Assembly (NCBI GenBank): GCA_963921275.4 | Contig: OZ001293.3 | Coordinates: 2,208,001 to 2,272,000 of the forward strand | Reading direction: 5' to 3' | DNA: 64,000 bases | From: an uncultured Hormoscilla sp. | GTDB taxonomy: Bacteria > Cyanobacteriota > Cyanobacteriia > Cyanobacteriales > Desertifilaceae | Shown: positions 42,920-54,593 of the stretch, piece after piece | Position numbering within the stretch: position 1 is the first letter of the stretch | How the letters are laid out: every line of letters begins with the position of its first letter | Notes under the pieces: model-generated | Seen by the model: only the letters and a program-made list of their open reading frames with translations | What the model was told of the DNA's origin: nothing | The model's database searches: none | Position numbers and translations under genes: made by a program

Positions 42920-45900
42920 TGATCCCCCCCAGCAGGAGTATCAGGCCTTAAGGGCTCTCTATCAAAGCACCAATGGGGCTTCTTGGACGAACAATACAGG
43001 CTGGCGGGACTGGAATTTCAACAGCCAAACTCCCCCCGAAGCTTCTGTTGTTAATGGTTGGTTTGGGGTGACGGTAGATAGCGACAGGGTGACTGAGCTC
43101 CAGCTGAACGTCAACTTCCTGACTGGCAGCATCCCGACGGAGTTAGGGAATCTTTCCAATTTGGAGGATCTCTGGCTGGACTTCAACCAACTGACTGGCA
43201 GCATCCCGACGGAGTTAGGGAATCTTTCCAATTTGGAGGATCTCTGGCTGTTCTCCAACCAACTGACTGGCAGCATCCCGACGGAGTTAGGGAATCTTTC
43301 CAATTTGGAGGATCTCTGGCTGTTCTCCAACCAACTGACTGGCAGCATCCCGACGGAGTTAGGGAATCTTTCCAATTTGGAGGATCTCTGGCTGTTCTCC
43401 AACCAACTGACTGGCAGCATCCCGACGGAGTTAGGGAATCTTTCCAATTTGGCATCTCTCTACCTGGACTCCAACCAACTGACTGGCAGCATCCCCCAAG
43501 AGGTTCTAGATTTGAGTGCCTTCAAGCGGTTGGAAAACCCCCCTTATGTTTTAACCGAGATTTCCGACGTCCAACTCTTGCTAAGTAATAACCTCAACAT
43601 AGACATTAGCGCAAATTTCGGCGACATCAATAACAACATCGACAATTACACAGCTACCGGTTTACCAGGGGGCGTAACGATCAACAGTCGGGGAGTTATC
43701 AGCGGTACTCCTACTACCGCAGACATCTTTACCGTAACGGTAACTGCCACCGACGCTGCTGGGAACAGTTACTCAGAAGCCTTTACTATTAGCGTCAATG
43801 AGATCCTCCAGCAGGAGTATCAGGCTTTAAGGGCTCTCTATCAAAGCACTAATGGGGCTTTTTGGAGGAACAATACAGGCTGGCGGGACTGGAATTTCAA
43901 CAGCCAAACTCCCCCCAAAGCTTCTATTCTTAATGGTTGGTATGGAGTGACGGTAGTTAACAAGAGGGTGACGGAACTCTGGCTGCACTCCAACTTCCTG
44001 ATTCGCAGCATCCCGACGGAGTTAGGGAATCTTTCCAATTTGGAGGAACTCCGGCTGTCCAACAACTTCCTGACTGGCAGCATCCCGACGGAGTTAGGGA
44101 ATCTTTCCAATTTGGAGGATCTCTGGCTGGAGGAAAACCAACTGACTGGCAGCATCCCGACGGAGTTAGGGAATCTTTCCAATTTGGAGTCGCTCCGGCT
44201 GGACGACAACTTCCTGACTGGCAGCATCCCGACGGAGTTAGGGAATCTTTCCAATTTGGAGGATCTCTGGCTGAACTCCAACGAACTGACTGGCAGCATC
44301 CCGACGGAGTTAGGGAATCTTTCCAATTTGGAGTCGCTCCGGCTGGACGACAACTTCCTGACTGGCAGCATCCCGACGGAGTTAGGGAATCTTTCCAATT
44401 TGGAGTCGCTCCGGCTGTACTCCAACCAACTGACTGGCAGCATCCCGACGGAGTTAGGGAATCTTTCCAATTTGGCATCTCTCTACCTAAACTCCAACCA
44501 ACTGACTGGCAGCATCCCGACGGAGTTAGGGAATCTTTCCAATTTGGAGTTTCTCAATCTGAAATACAACCAACTGACTGGCAGCATCCCGACGGAGTTA
44601 GGGAATCTTTCCAATTTGGAGTTTCTCTGGCTGCGCTCCAACCAACTGACTGGCAGCATCCCGACGGAGTTAGGGAATCTTTCCAATTTGGCATCTCTCT
44701 GGCTGACCTCCAACCAACTGACTGGCAGCATCCCGACGGAGTTAGGGAATCTTTCCAATTTGGCATCTCTCGTGCTGACCTCCAACCAACTGACTGGCAG
44801 CATTCCGACGGAGTTAGGGAATCTTTCCAATTTGAGTCGTCTCCGGCTGAACAACAACCAACTGACTGGCAGCATCCCGACGGAGTTAGTCTTTCCCATT
44901 TGTGGACGTTCTACCTGAACAACAACCAACTGACTGGCAGCATCCCGACGGAGTTAGGGAATCTTTCCAATTTGGAGTTTCTCAATCTGAAATACAACCA
45001 ACTGACTGGCAGCATCCCGACGGAGTTAGGGAATCTTTCCAATTTGGAGTTTCTCTGGCTGCGCTCCAACGAACTGACTGGCAGCATCCCGACGGAGTTA
45101 GGGAATCTTTCCAATTTGGAGTTTCTCTGGCTGGAGGAAAACCAACTGACTGGCAGCATCCCGACGGAGGGAATCTTTCCAATTTGATTTGGCTCTGGCT
45201 GGAAGAGAACCAACTGACTGGCAGCATCCCGACGGAGTTAGGGAATCTTTCCCATTTGTCGCAGCTCTACCTGAACAACAACCTCCTGACTGGCACCATC
45301 CCCCAAGGGGTCTTAGATTTGTGGGCTGAAAAGCGGTTGGAAAACCCCCCTTATGTTTTAACCGAGATTCCCGACGTCGAACTCTTGCTAGGTAATAACC
45401 TCGACATAGACATTAGCGACAACTTCGGCGACATCAATAACAACATCAACAATTACACAGCTACCGGTTTACCAGGGGGCGTAACCACCAACAGTCAGGG
45501 AGTTATCAGCGGTACTCCTACTACCGCAGACACCTTTACCGTGACGGTAACCGCCATGGACGCAGTGAGCAATCAAGGGACAGATATCTTTGACATTGTT
45601 ATAGAGAACTCCCCTCCTACCGAGCGTAGCGAGCAACTCTACGAAAACGGGGGGAACGACTATCTCATCGGCAGATATGAAAACGACAGTCTCATCGGCG
45701 GATATGGAAAGGATACCCTCATCGGCGGATATGAAAACGATACTATCTACGGAGGAGGTGGGAACGACTCTCTCATCGGCGGACGTGGAAAAGATACCAT
45801 CTACGGAGAAGATGGGAACGACTCTCTCATCGGCGGACGTGGAAAAGATTACCTCTACGGAGGAGATGGGAACGACTCTCTCATCGGCGGACGTGGAAAA

Positions 45901-46203
45901 GATTACCTCTACGGAGGTGATGAGAACGACACCCTCATCGGTGGACGTGGAGACGATACCCTCGAAGGAGGGGAGGACGCCGATATTTTTGTTCTGAAGC
46001 AGGGCCATGGCCGGGATACCATTATAGACTTTGAAGATGGCACGGACTTGATTGGGCTAGCAGGAAGTTTGAGTTTCGAAGATTTGGCGATCGTCAGGAT
46101 AGGCCGAAATACCTCAATTAACTTTGAAGGGGAAACCCTTGCCACTTTGCAGGGGATTGATTCAACCCTGATTACTAGCGATGATTTCACTGTGGTTACT
46201 TGA
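42920..46203 (+). pseudogene. Secreted LRR protein (plant-type 24-aa LRRs, two Ig-like He_PIG domains, C-terminal RTX Ca-binding repeats) with two 4-bp deletions (~44889, ~45169)
   Basis: 72-bp repeats encoding LTGSIPTELGNLSNL; ATGLPGGVTINS.GVISGTP; GG.G.D.L.G nonamers and D.I.DF..G.D.I. Confidence 0.88.
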
Positions 46204-46311
46204 AGTTTATCACGATGCCTGCGCGATGCCTTCCGGGTTTTCGCCGTGCGTCCGGAAGGCATTGTAGGTTGCCTGCGTTGCCTGCGTTGCATCCCGATTT
46301 TTCCGGGGCTG

Positions 46312-46425
46312 AACCAGTTAGATATTAAGCGTAAGCCGTTAAGGGAGGGATGTCCTAAGAAGCCGAATGCCTGGGGTAATGCCCGGGATGTGTACCAGTT
46401 ATTGTTCTGGTGCCCGCTGACGTAG
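46312..46425 (+). mobile_element. Internal fragment of a related group II intron
   Basis: AGTTAGAT.TTAAGCG.AAGCC...GGGAGGGATG...AAGAAGC.GAATGCC.GGGGTAAT...GCTGACGT resembles 2278-2400. Confidence 0.7.
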
Positions 46426-46453
46426 ATAATCCATATTTGTTAAAATTTTTTAA

Positions 46454-46471
46454 ATAGGTCGCAACTTGAGT
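46454..46471 (+). mobile_element. Solo IS982 terminal inverted repeat
   Basis: ATAGGTCGCAACTTGAGT is identical to 28581-28598. Confidence 0.75.
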
Positions 46472-46579
46472 TATGATAGATAACGGTGCGACTCGTTCCG
46501 GCGTAAGTCGAAAATATGACGATAGTTCGGGCTGGGGGTGCATTGATGATACATGTATATAGCCGGCGCAGGACACGCT

Positions 46580-47623
46580 GCCGCTGCCGCTGCCAGCTTT
46601 TTCCTTCCAAGTCTCGGGATAGTCAATATTCAAACCATAACGATCGTTTTCATAGGTGAAATATTTGGGTCCGCGAGTTAGGATGTAATAGGCGACGATC
46701 GCACTCAATCCCACTGCTAGAACTATCCCCGCGATGATAACTTTTTTCCAAGATGAAGGGGGTGGCGGGGGCGGCGGGGGCGGGGATAGGGCCTGCAAGA
46801 CTTCAGCAGCCGACTGGTAGCGATCGCCTTGGTGGTGGCGCACCATTTTATCGATAATATCCGCCAGGCGATCGCTCACATGGGGTGCCCGATCGCGCCA
46901 GACTACTTCATTATTAGTATCTTTTCGCAGGTTAGTAGGGAGTAACCCAGTGAGGGCCTGGATAGCAATCATCCCCACAGCATAGATATCACTACAGAAG
47001 CTAGGACGACCGTGGGATTGTTCGGTCGGCATGTAACCGGGAGTACCAATCAATATGGTACTAGGCGCCTGTCCTTGAGGGTTAAGTATTTGGTTGCCAA
47101 TTTCTTTAACCGCCCCAAAATCAATGGACAATCTTGCCATCCTGTCGGCGCATGATATTGGCCGGTTTCAGGTCGCGGTGAATGGCATTGTGTTTCTGGA
47201 CCCATACTAACACTTCCAGGATCTCCCGCAATAGGGCGATCGTCTCTGCTTCACGCCACTGCTTACCCGGAGTAATTTCGTGAGAGAGTTCCTTTCCCTC
47301 AATATATTCTTGTACCAAATAGAATTGCTGATTTTCCTCAAAATGAGCCAGCGATGTCTCCCCTTTTGTGCGAGTAGCGCTCCCGGGAGACATCGAAAGT
47401 CGCGGGATCTCGTCGTGACTTCCTAACTTTTCCAGCACTGCTGCTTCTCTGTCGAATGCCTTCGACAGTTTCTGCAAGAGAGACGGAGGGAAACTGGATA
47501 GCTTGAGTTGCTTGACAACGCAGTGGGGATGACCTGGACGTTGCCATCGGATGCCAGAAAAGTTATCCCGAAAGTTCCCTCTCCCAATTCCCTAAAGATC
47601 TCATATCGCCCGCCGATAGTCAT
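46580..47623 (-). pseudogene. Hanks-type Ser/Thr protein kinase (two frameshifts, 45-nt palindromic insertion, truncated extracellular part)
   Basis: LGEGTFGITF, HRDLKPANI, DFG, GTPGYMP.EQ, SDIYAVG, poly-Pro and TM segment. Confidence 0.85.
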
Positions 47624-47877
47624 GAGTCTGTACCCAGTCTTGGTAGTTGGCCGCAAAATCGGGTGTGGTCAAAACCCGTTGATAAAAATGGGATACCCCA
47701 GCCCCCGGATCCCCCCAAACCCCCCTTAAGAAGGGGGCAAATGAAGCCCCCCCGAGTTCCCTGGCTCTGCCTGGGAACGCAAGGGGGGGTTGGGGGGGGG
47801 ATCCCCTATGCAACAAATGCATGACCACACCCCGCAAAATCTGCCCTTGCTGCGATCCATTTTGCCACAAAAATTGC

Positions 47878-48657
47878 TTAACTGGAAGCGCTAGTATAGA
47901 AGCGCAATGCCAACCGCCAGAAGGCACTCGCTGCCCAAAACAGTCCCAGGGCCAGGGCCAAACTCCCAATCGCCCAGGTAAACTCCCCCCGCGCGAGCAT
48001 CATCTCAGCGGGGACAGTCGTTAAAAATGCTACCGGAACTACGAAAGTAAAGAAGAAGCGGTAAACAGCAGGATAGGCTACTAGAGGGTATCTCCCCGCT
48101 TCTAGCAGACTTCTGAGCACTTCCGTCACATTGTATATTTTCATGAACCAGATGCTAGTAGCTCCCAGCATAAACCACAGGCTGTAGAGGCTGAGAATGC
48201 TGCATAAAAGCGGCACAATCGCCAGTAGGTAATTGCTAACACCAAGTTCTAAATGTTCTCCCGCATAAACGATGATAACTAGACCAAAGAACAAATCTGG
48301 CAACCCCCACAGGGAAAGGGTGCGGGTGGAAAGCCAGAATTGAGAACTAATCGGCTTCAGGAGTATAAAATCTAGCGTACCTTCCTGTACGTAGTTGACT
48401 ATATCATTCAGGTTGGGAATGAGGAAGGTAGCAGAAAGGCCCTGAAGTAAAGTAAAAATATCCATGACTATGAGAGCTTCGGCCCAACTCCATCCGTCAA
48501 AAGTATAGCCAGTGCGGTAAAATAAGAAGAGCCCAAATAAGCTGCCTGCCAGATTACTCAGGCTGCTGATGGCGGCAATGATAAAGTTGAGTCGGTATTC
48601 TAGCACAGCCGCGATCGCGGTTCCCCAGAATAGTCCTAATACTTTCAGATAGCTCAT
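47878..48657 (-). CDS. ABC-2 family transporter permease
   Basis: EYRLNF, GTLDFILLKPISSQF, AGRYP...YP, RFYTSASS. Confidence 0.88.
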   Translation of the reverse strand: MSYLKVLGLFWGTAIAAVLEYRLNFIIAAISSLSNLAGSLFGLFLFYRTGYTFDGWSWAEALIVMDIFTLLQGLSATFLIPNLNDIVNYVQEGTLDFILLKPISSQFWLSTRTLSLWGLPDLFFGLVIIVYAGEHLELGVSNYLLAIVPLLCSILSLYSLWFMLGATSIWFMKIYNVTEVLRSLLEAGRYPLVAYPAVYRFFFTFVVPVAFLTTVPAEMMLARGEFTWAIGSLALALGLFWAASAFWRLALRFYTSASS

Positions 48658-48713
48658 TTTGTGGTAAGTTATTAGTGGTTTGTAGTGAGGACTTTAGTCC
48701 TCAACCGCTAGTT

Positions 48714-48883
48714 GACGAGGCCAGGACTAAAGTCCTTACTACGAACGGACGAGGCCAGGACTAAAGTCCTTACTACGAACGGACGAGGCCAGGACTAAAG
48801 TCCTTACTACGAACGGACGAGGCCAGGACTAAAGTCCTTACTACGAACGGACGAGGCCAGGACTAAAGTCCTTACTACGAACG
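48714..48883. repeat. Five identical tandem 34-bp units, each holding a GTAG-type REP (reverse strand), preceded by an inverted copy at 48678-48702
   Basis: Unit GACGAGGCCAGGACTAAAGTCCTTACTACGAACG at 48714, 48748, 48782, 48816, 48850. Confidence 0.95.
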
Positions 48884-48899
48884 GATAGGAACGGAGGCA

Positions 48900-49568
48900 A
48901 TGAATTATCTTAACTTAGAGGAACTGGCAAACCAGTTAGAAAGCAAAAATTCTCGCGATCGCCTGCTAGCATTAGTGGCCCTGCGGGAGGTACCAGCGGA
49001 ACAAGCCGTGCCTTTAATCAAAAAGGTATTGTACGACGAAATCCTGCCCGTGCGATCGATGGCAATTTTCGCCCTGGGAGTCAAACCCACATCGGAATGC
49101 TTTCCCATCCTAGTACAGTTGCTAGAAACAGATTCAGACTACGGCATTCGTGCTGATGCTGCGGGTGCTTTAGGCTACTTAGAAGATGCCAGAGCCTTAG
49201 AACCCTTAGTGCGGGCATTATATGAAGACACCAGTTGGTTAGTGCGCTTCAGTGCCGCAGTTTCCCTAGGTAATCTCAAGGATAGCAGAGCCCGTGAAGT
49301 TTTAATCCAGGCTCTCGATAGCACGGAAGTAGTGCTCCAACAAGCCGCGATCGCCGCTTTAGGTGAAATAGGCGACATAGAATCAGTCGATCTGCTGCTA
49401 GAATTTGCTGGATCTGAAGATTGGTTACTGCGGCAAAGATTAGCTGAAGCCCTCGGCAACCTGCCCATTTCCAAGAGCATTTCTGCCCTCAAATACCTGC
49501 AAAAAGATAGCAATATTCCCGTGGCTCAAGCAGCAGCATTTTCTCTCCAGCGCCTGTCGGAGTCGTAG
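48900..49568 (+). CDS. nblB: HEAT/PBS-lyase repeat protein, NblB-like
   Basis: VRSMAIFALG, IRADAAGALGYL, WLVRFSAAVSLGNL, DWLLRQRLAEALGNL. Confidence 0.7.
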   Translation: MNYLNLEELANQLESKNSRDRLLALVALREVPAEQAVPLIKKVLYDEILPVRSMAIFALGVKPTSECFPILVQLLETDSDYGIRADAAGALGYLEDARALEPLVRALYEDTSWLVRFSAAVSLGNLKDSRAREVLIQALDSTEVVLQQAAIAALGEIGDIESVDLLLEFAGSEDWLLRQRLAEALGNLPISKSISALKYLQKDSNIPVAQAAAFSLQRLSES

Positions 49569-49597
49569 GGCGGGCGACAAGAGCTGCCCGAGACAAT

Positions 49598-50531
49598 TCA
49601 CAATTGGACAAACTCAAGCTTACCAGTATCAGCATCCAGGTGAACGGGGACACCTACAGGCAAAGCAGCATTAGGGCCATTGTGGCCAAAAGGGAGGTCA
49701 GAGACGATCGGCAGGTTGAGATTACTGAGGCGATCGCGCAGGACTTCATCAACAGTAAAACTAGGAATCCCCAGAGGGGACTGACATTGACTAAAACGGC
49801 CCAAAGCAAGGCCGCGAACTTGATGTATCGCCCCAGTCATGCGCCATTGAGTCAGACATCTGTCAAGGCGGTAAGGAACCTCAAAAACATCCTCAAAAGC
49901 CAAAATCACACCCTCTAGTTGAGGCTGCGCGGGCGTTCCCAAAAGATGAGTCGCCACAGTTAGATTTCCGGGCAACAGCATACCACTAACCCCTAACCGT
50001 CCCCCCAACCGCGACCAAACAGAGGTAACAAAGGGCGTCCCTCCACCCAGCCAAATAAGCGATCGCGAGACCACTGTGGTTCGGCGGCCAGGGTCGTTAG
50101 TACCGGACCGTGAACGCCAGAAATACCAGCGGAGTATTGACTCCAGAGTAAAGCAGTAATATCAGAAAAGCCAATCAACCATTTAGGATAGCTCTCCCGA
50201 AGAGATTCCCCCTGTCCGGGCCAAGTCCAATCTTCCAAAAGTCTGGTGCTACCGTAACACCGTAACCCCCTCTGGCGCAGAGAATAGCGCGACATTCTCT
50301 ATCCTTGAAGGCATCCAGTAACTGCTGACGGCGGTGGGCGTCCGTACCTGCCAAATAGCCCCATTCTCGAGCAAATTCGGTGCCCAACTCTACCCGATAG
50401 CCGCGTTTTTTCCAAATCTCCACACCCTGAAAGAAAGCCATCATATCTCTCAAAGCACCACTAGGAACAATTACCCGCAGTAGATCCCCGGGTTGTAACC
50501 ATTTAGGAGTTAGCACTTTAGCATTAGTCAT
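49598..50531 (-). pseudogene. LD-carboxypeptidase (S66), two frameshifts
   Basis: ARGGYG, IGFSDITAL, HGP, GNL, EDV.E.PYR.DR and PFGH are spread over three ORFs. Confidence 0.85.
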
Positions 50532-50629
50532 CTGGGATCTAAGTATGAAGTCGTAAGCTGGTATCTCGGTGAAATTATCTTTTCCAGTATATCATGGCGG
50601 AGGTGGGCGGTGCCCACCCTACGAGTAAG

Positions 50630-51140
50630 TCCTATCTTCATTTTACATAGCGAGAAAAGCGCTGCAATCTTTCATTTGCTTCTCTCAACTCTGCTTCTAC
50701 TTGCTGAGGTTGTTTAATTTCCTGTTGCAAACGTTTATTTTGATCCTGAAGCTGTTTTTGCAGCTAGCGCATAATCAGATGAGTCTTGACACGGGCTAAA
50801 ACCTCTTCAAACTGAAAAGGTTTAGTAATATAGTCTACCCCACCGACATCAAAAGCCATCACCTTGTCCATTGGCTCATCTAGGGCGCTTAAGAAAATTA
50901 CCGGAATCTCCTTTGTTTGCTCAGATGCTTTCAGTTGTTGACATACTTCATAACCATTCATATCTGGTATCTGAAGATCCAGCAAAATTAAATACGGTGG
51001 CTCTAACTGCACTGATTTTAAGCAATCGGCCCGTCGATCGCTTTCCTCACTTCATATCCCTGCTCCAGCAGCATCGTGGATAAAAAACGCAAATTGTTGT
51101 ATCTTCAACAATCAGTATTTTCTGTTTTTCAATATCAGCT
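50630..51140 (-). pseudogene. Response regulator remnant
   Basis: LILLDLQIPDMNGYEVC, PVIFLSA, GGVDYITKPF, with stops and frameshifts. Confidence 0.75.
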
Positions 51141-51146
51141 TGATTA

Positions 51147-52085
51147 CTATTCATCTTGTATTTGTTCTGTTAAAGCGACTATCCGATAGAACTCAAAATT
51201 ATCTACCTTTTCTGCCAAAGCCTGGGCCAGAGTTGCGTGACTTTCAGGTATTTGCTTGATTAGCTGCAACATCCGCCCATCTCTACTCGAGACTACAGCT
51301 TTATGAAACTCTGCTATCCAATCAGCAGGCATTATCGATAAGCTGGCAGCCTTCAGGCGATCGCCATCAGATCTTGCTTGAGGCTGACTGCTCATCTCCT
51401 GAGACTGATGGCTTTCTTCATAGACATAGCTCGCCCCTACATGTTCAGCTATCTTTGATAAGAGTACCTCTTTCTGGAAAGGCTTGCGCAGAAAATCATA
51501 ACAACCCAAGCACAGGATCTGATTGCGTTATTCTTCAAAGGCGCTGGCAGTCAAAGCCACGATCGCGGTTTTCTCACCCTCCAAGTGCGCTTTGATCCGT
51601 TTGGTCGCCTTATACCCGTCCATCACCGGCATCTGTATATCCATAAAAATCAAGTGCGGCTCCCAAGTGGACCACAAAGCAATGGCTTCTCGACCGTTTT
51701 CAGCCTCGCGCACCTCGAACCTCAGCCCCCTGATCATTTTTACTAGCAGCAGGCGGCTGACTTTGACATCGTCCACCACCAGGAGGCGATATTTGGGTTG
51801 GTCGGGTGCTAAACCCATTACCTTGCGGGTTGGTGTCGGAGTCTGACTCTGCTGGGGAAAGTCGCGACGCACCTGGATATCAAACTTGAACGTTGTTCCC
51901 TTACCCGGCTGACTGGTTACCCCGATCTCTCCGGACATCAGTTCTACGAATTTTTGGCTAATGGGTAAGCCCAAACCCGTTCCTGACTGGGATTTTCGGC
52001 CAGTTTCCGTTTGCACAAAAGGGTTAAACAAAGCTCCCAACTCTTCCGGGGCAATGCCTGAATCCGTGTCTGATACCTCCCACTC
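51147..52085 (-). pseudogene. C-terminal part of a hybrid histidine kinase (HATPase + receiver), frameshifted and fused to unrelated upstream sequence
   Basis: VSDTDSGI, F.PFVQT, GTGLGL.I, LVVDD, MDIQMPVMDG, ALTASAF, DFLRKPF. Confidence 0.8.
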
Positions 52086-52566
52086 TTGGGGTCTATAGGC
52101 CGTTTCGCCATCCAGGACTGCCTGTTTAGCCAGTTTCTTCCCTTGCTCAAATGGATCGATATCCTTGTCTTGATACTGGGTTTGAGCGACTAAAATTGGT
52201 GGAGATGGAAATATGGCAAAACTCTTGGTTGGGCCACCTACGAAGCCCAGGCAAGTAATGCAGCTAACCAGAAGCCATATCGATCGTCCTGAGGACTTGT
52301 GCTTGGACTGCCCAGATATCTGAGATTGCTGACGAAAGCAACTAACTGCTTTATCCACTTGCTACGGCTACAATTATTTGCCAACTGGGTATCTCAATCT
52401 ATCTTATACTTAATTATCCTGAATGAATCAAGAAACCCGGTTTTTACAGAAAACCGGGTTTCTGGGCCAAAGAGTGAATCTGCTCGTAGCTTCATTTCGA
52501 TGCTCTCATTTTGATCGGTATCAAAGCTTGCTCAGCATCAGATGCTTCTAAAGAGTCCTCCTCTGG

Positions 52567-53556
52567 CTAGCCAGTAGAAGTTGCTTTACCTTTAGCCAAC
52601 CATGATGGGATTGTATCACGCCGATTGATCAGATAAATGCTGACCAGAGTGAGGCTGACACCCATCCATTGTAGCTGGCTGAGGACTTCCGACAGCAAGA
52701 TATTGCCGAACAGCAGGGCAAATACTGGGGTGAGAAAGGTGAGGGCACTCAGACTGGTGAGACTGCCGCTGGAGGCAAAGTAAAAGAATAATCCGTAGGC
52801 GATCGCACTACCAAATACTGTCCCATAGGCCAGTGCCATCCAGCCACCCAGGTCCATATGCACCCACTGGCCCGACTCGCAAAGGCCGGAAAGGGCAAAC
52901 AAGGGCAACCCTCCCAAAATCATATGCCAGCCTGTAGCTGCCACTGGGTCAGCATAGCGACAGACGTAGCGAATCATAATCGTCCCTACTGCCATCGACA
53001 GGGCTGATACCAGCATCAGCCACTCTCCATGGGCAAACAACTCCGAGAAACCTATCTGAGATATCTGGCCAGTAAATATACTCCCAATCCACTCCGGCGG
53101 CAAGCCGATCGCGCTAATTCCCACTATACCCAGAGCTAATCCTAACCAGCCCCAAAACCCGATCCGCTCTCCAAACAGCCACAGGGCCAATACTGCCACT
53201 GCCAGGGGTTGAGAATCAATCATCACCGACCCCAGGCCAGCGCTAGTTCTCACCAACCCTTCTGCCAGAAAGCCTTGAAATATACTCCCATCGACCAGGG
53301 CAAATAAGCTAATTGTCAACCATGCCCGCCATCCCTGGGGTTGCGGGTGTCCCATCAGCGCCGCAGCGGCCACTATCAGGATTCCAGCTGGCAGCAAACG
53401 CACCCCGGCCATAAACAAGGGCGTGGTATTGTCGATCGTCCCTTTCATCGCTACCATCGCCGTCCCCCATAGGAAAAAGGGCGCGATCAGTAACACTGGC
53501 GCCAAGGGGATTCTTGATTCTGTCAATTTTACATACATGCCATGATTCCTTGCCAA
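52567..53556 (-). CDS. DMT/EamA family transporter
   Basis: Multiple TM segments; PFFLWGTAMVAMK, GLGSVMIDSQPL, LFGERI. Confidence 0.88.
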   Translation of the reverse strand: MARNHGMYVKLTESRIPLAPVLLIAPFFLWGTAMVAMKGTIDNTTPLFMAGVRLLPAGILIVAAAALMGHPQPQGWRAWLTISLFALVDGSIFQGFLAEGLVRTSAGLGSVMIDSQPLAVAVLALWLFGERIGFWGWLGLALGIVGISAIGLPPEWIGSIFTGQISQIGFSELFAHGEWLMLVSALSMAVGTIMIRYVCRYADPVAATGWHMILGGLPLFALSGLCESGQWVHMDLGGWMALAYGTVFGSAIAYGLFFYFASSGSLTSLSALTFLTPVFALLFGNILLSEVLSQLQWMGVSLTLVSIYLINRRDTIPSWLAKGKATSTG

Positions 53557-53753
53557 ATAGATTAATATTTATTATATTATATGTATGATTGTTAAGCTAA
53601 TGATACAAAAATTTAACCCACAAGGCTGTCGAGCGGGCTTCTGCCGAATTGGGCCCTTTGGCTCTTTTGTCTATAATCGGCTATGATTGATTTTATATGT
53701 CAATTTTCAATTTTCCTCGTTCCCTGGCTCCCGCCTGGGAACGTCAATTGCCT

Positions 53754-54575
53754 ATGATTTGGTTTTTTAAGCGCAAGTCCAAGAAACAAATAGCTCGGAT
53801 TGAAATTACCGGGGCGATCGCCGCTTCCACGAGGAAACAGGTACTAGAAGCGCTGGAGATGGTTGAGGAGAAAAAATTTCCGGCCTTACTGTTGCGGATA
53901 GACAGTCCAGGCGGTACAGTAGGAGATTGTCAAGAAATCTACAGCGCCCTGATGCGTCTGCGAGAGAAGGTGAAGATCGTCGCCAGTTTTGGCAATATCT
54001 CTGCTTCCGGAGGAGTCTACGTTGGTATGGGGGCTGAATATATCGTGGCCAATCCGGGCACAATCACCGGTAGCATAGGGGTGATTGTGCGGGGAAATAA
54101 TCTAGAGAGGCTGCTAGAAAAGATCGGCGTTCAATTCCAAACGATCAAATCTGGTCCCTATAAAGACATCTTGGCATTCGATCGGGAAATAACCTCCGCA
54201 GAACAGGATATACTGCAACAGTTAATCGATATTAGCTATCAACAATTTGTCGAAACAATAGCTTCGGCCCGCCAACTGGCAGTCGAAACAGTCAAAACTT
54301 TTGCCGACGGTCGGATTTTTACGGGTCAGCAAGCTTTAGAATTAGGGGTTGTGGACCGACTGGGCACGGAAGCGGACGCCCGGCAATGGGCAGCAGAACT
54401 GGCGGGGTTGGATCCTGTCAAAACTGAGTGCAATACGATCGAGGCACCAAAATCCTTCTGGAGTCGCTTGATATCAGGGGAGAGTAGGGTAAAATCTGAT
54501 CTGTCGGTGGCTATTGACTGGGTAGAGTGGGAAATGTCTACCAATGGTCTGGCTCTTTGGCTGTATCGACTCTAA
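53754..54575 (+). CDS. sppA: Signal peptide peptidase SppA (short form)
   Basis: RIDSPGG, SASGGVY, TITGSIGV, KSGPYKD, ADGRIFTG. Confidence 0.92.
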   Translation: MIWFFKRKSKKQIARIEITGAIAASTRKQVLEALEMVEEKKFPALLLRIDSPGGTVGDCQEIYSALMRLREKVKIVASFGNISASGGVYVGMGAEYIVANPGTITGSIGVIVRGNNLERLLEKIGVQFQTIKSGPYKDILAFDREITSAEQDILQQLIDISYQQFVETIASARQLAVETVKTFADGRIFTGQQALELGVVDRLGTEADARQWAAELAGLDPVKTECNTIEAPKSFWSRLISGESRVKSDLSVAIDWVEWEMSTNGLALWLYRL

Positions 54576-54593
54576 GAAGAGGAGGAGAAGCGC

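Noticed and set aside
43103..45305. CRISPR array (51-bp repeat with 21-bp spacers)
   Set aside because: The 72-bp period is in frame and encodes canonical LRRs; the variable segments keep the LxL pattern and recur.
48714..48883. CRISPR array
   Set aside because: Units are contiguous and identical with no unique spacers; no cas genes.
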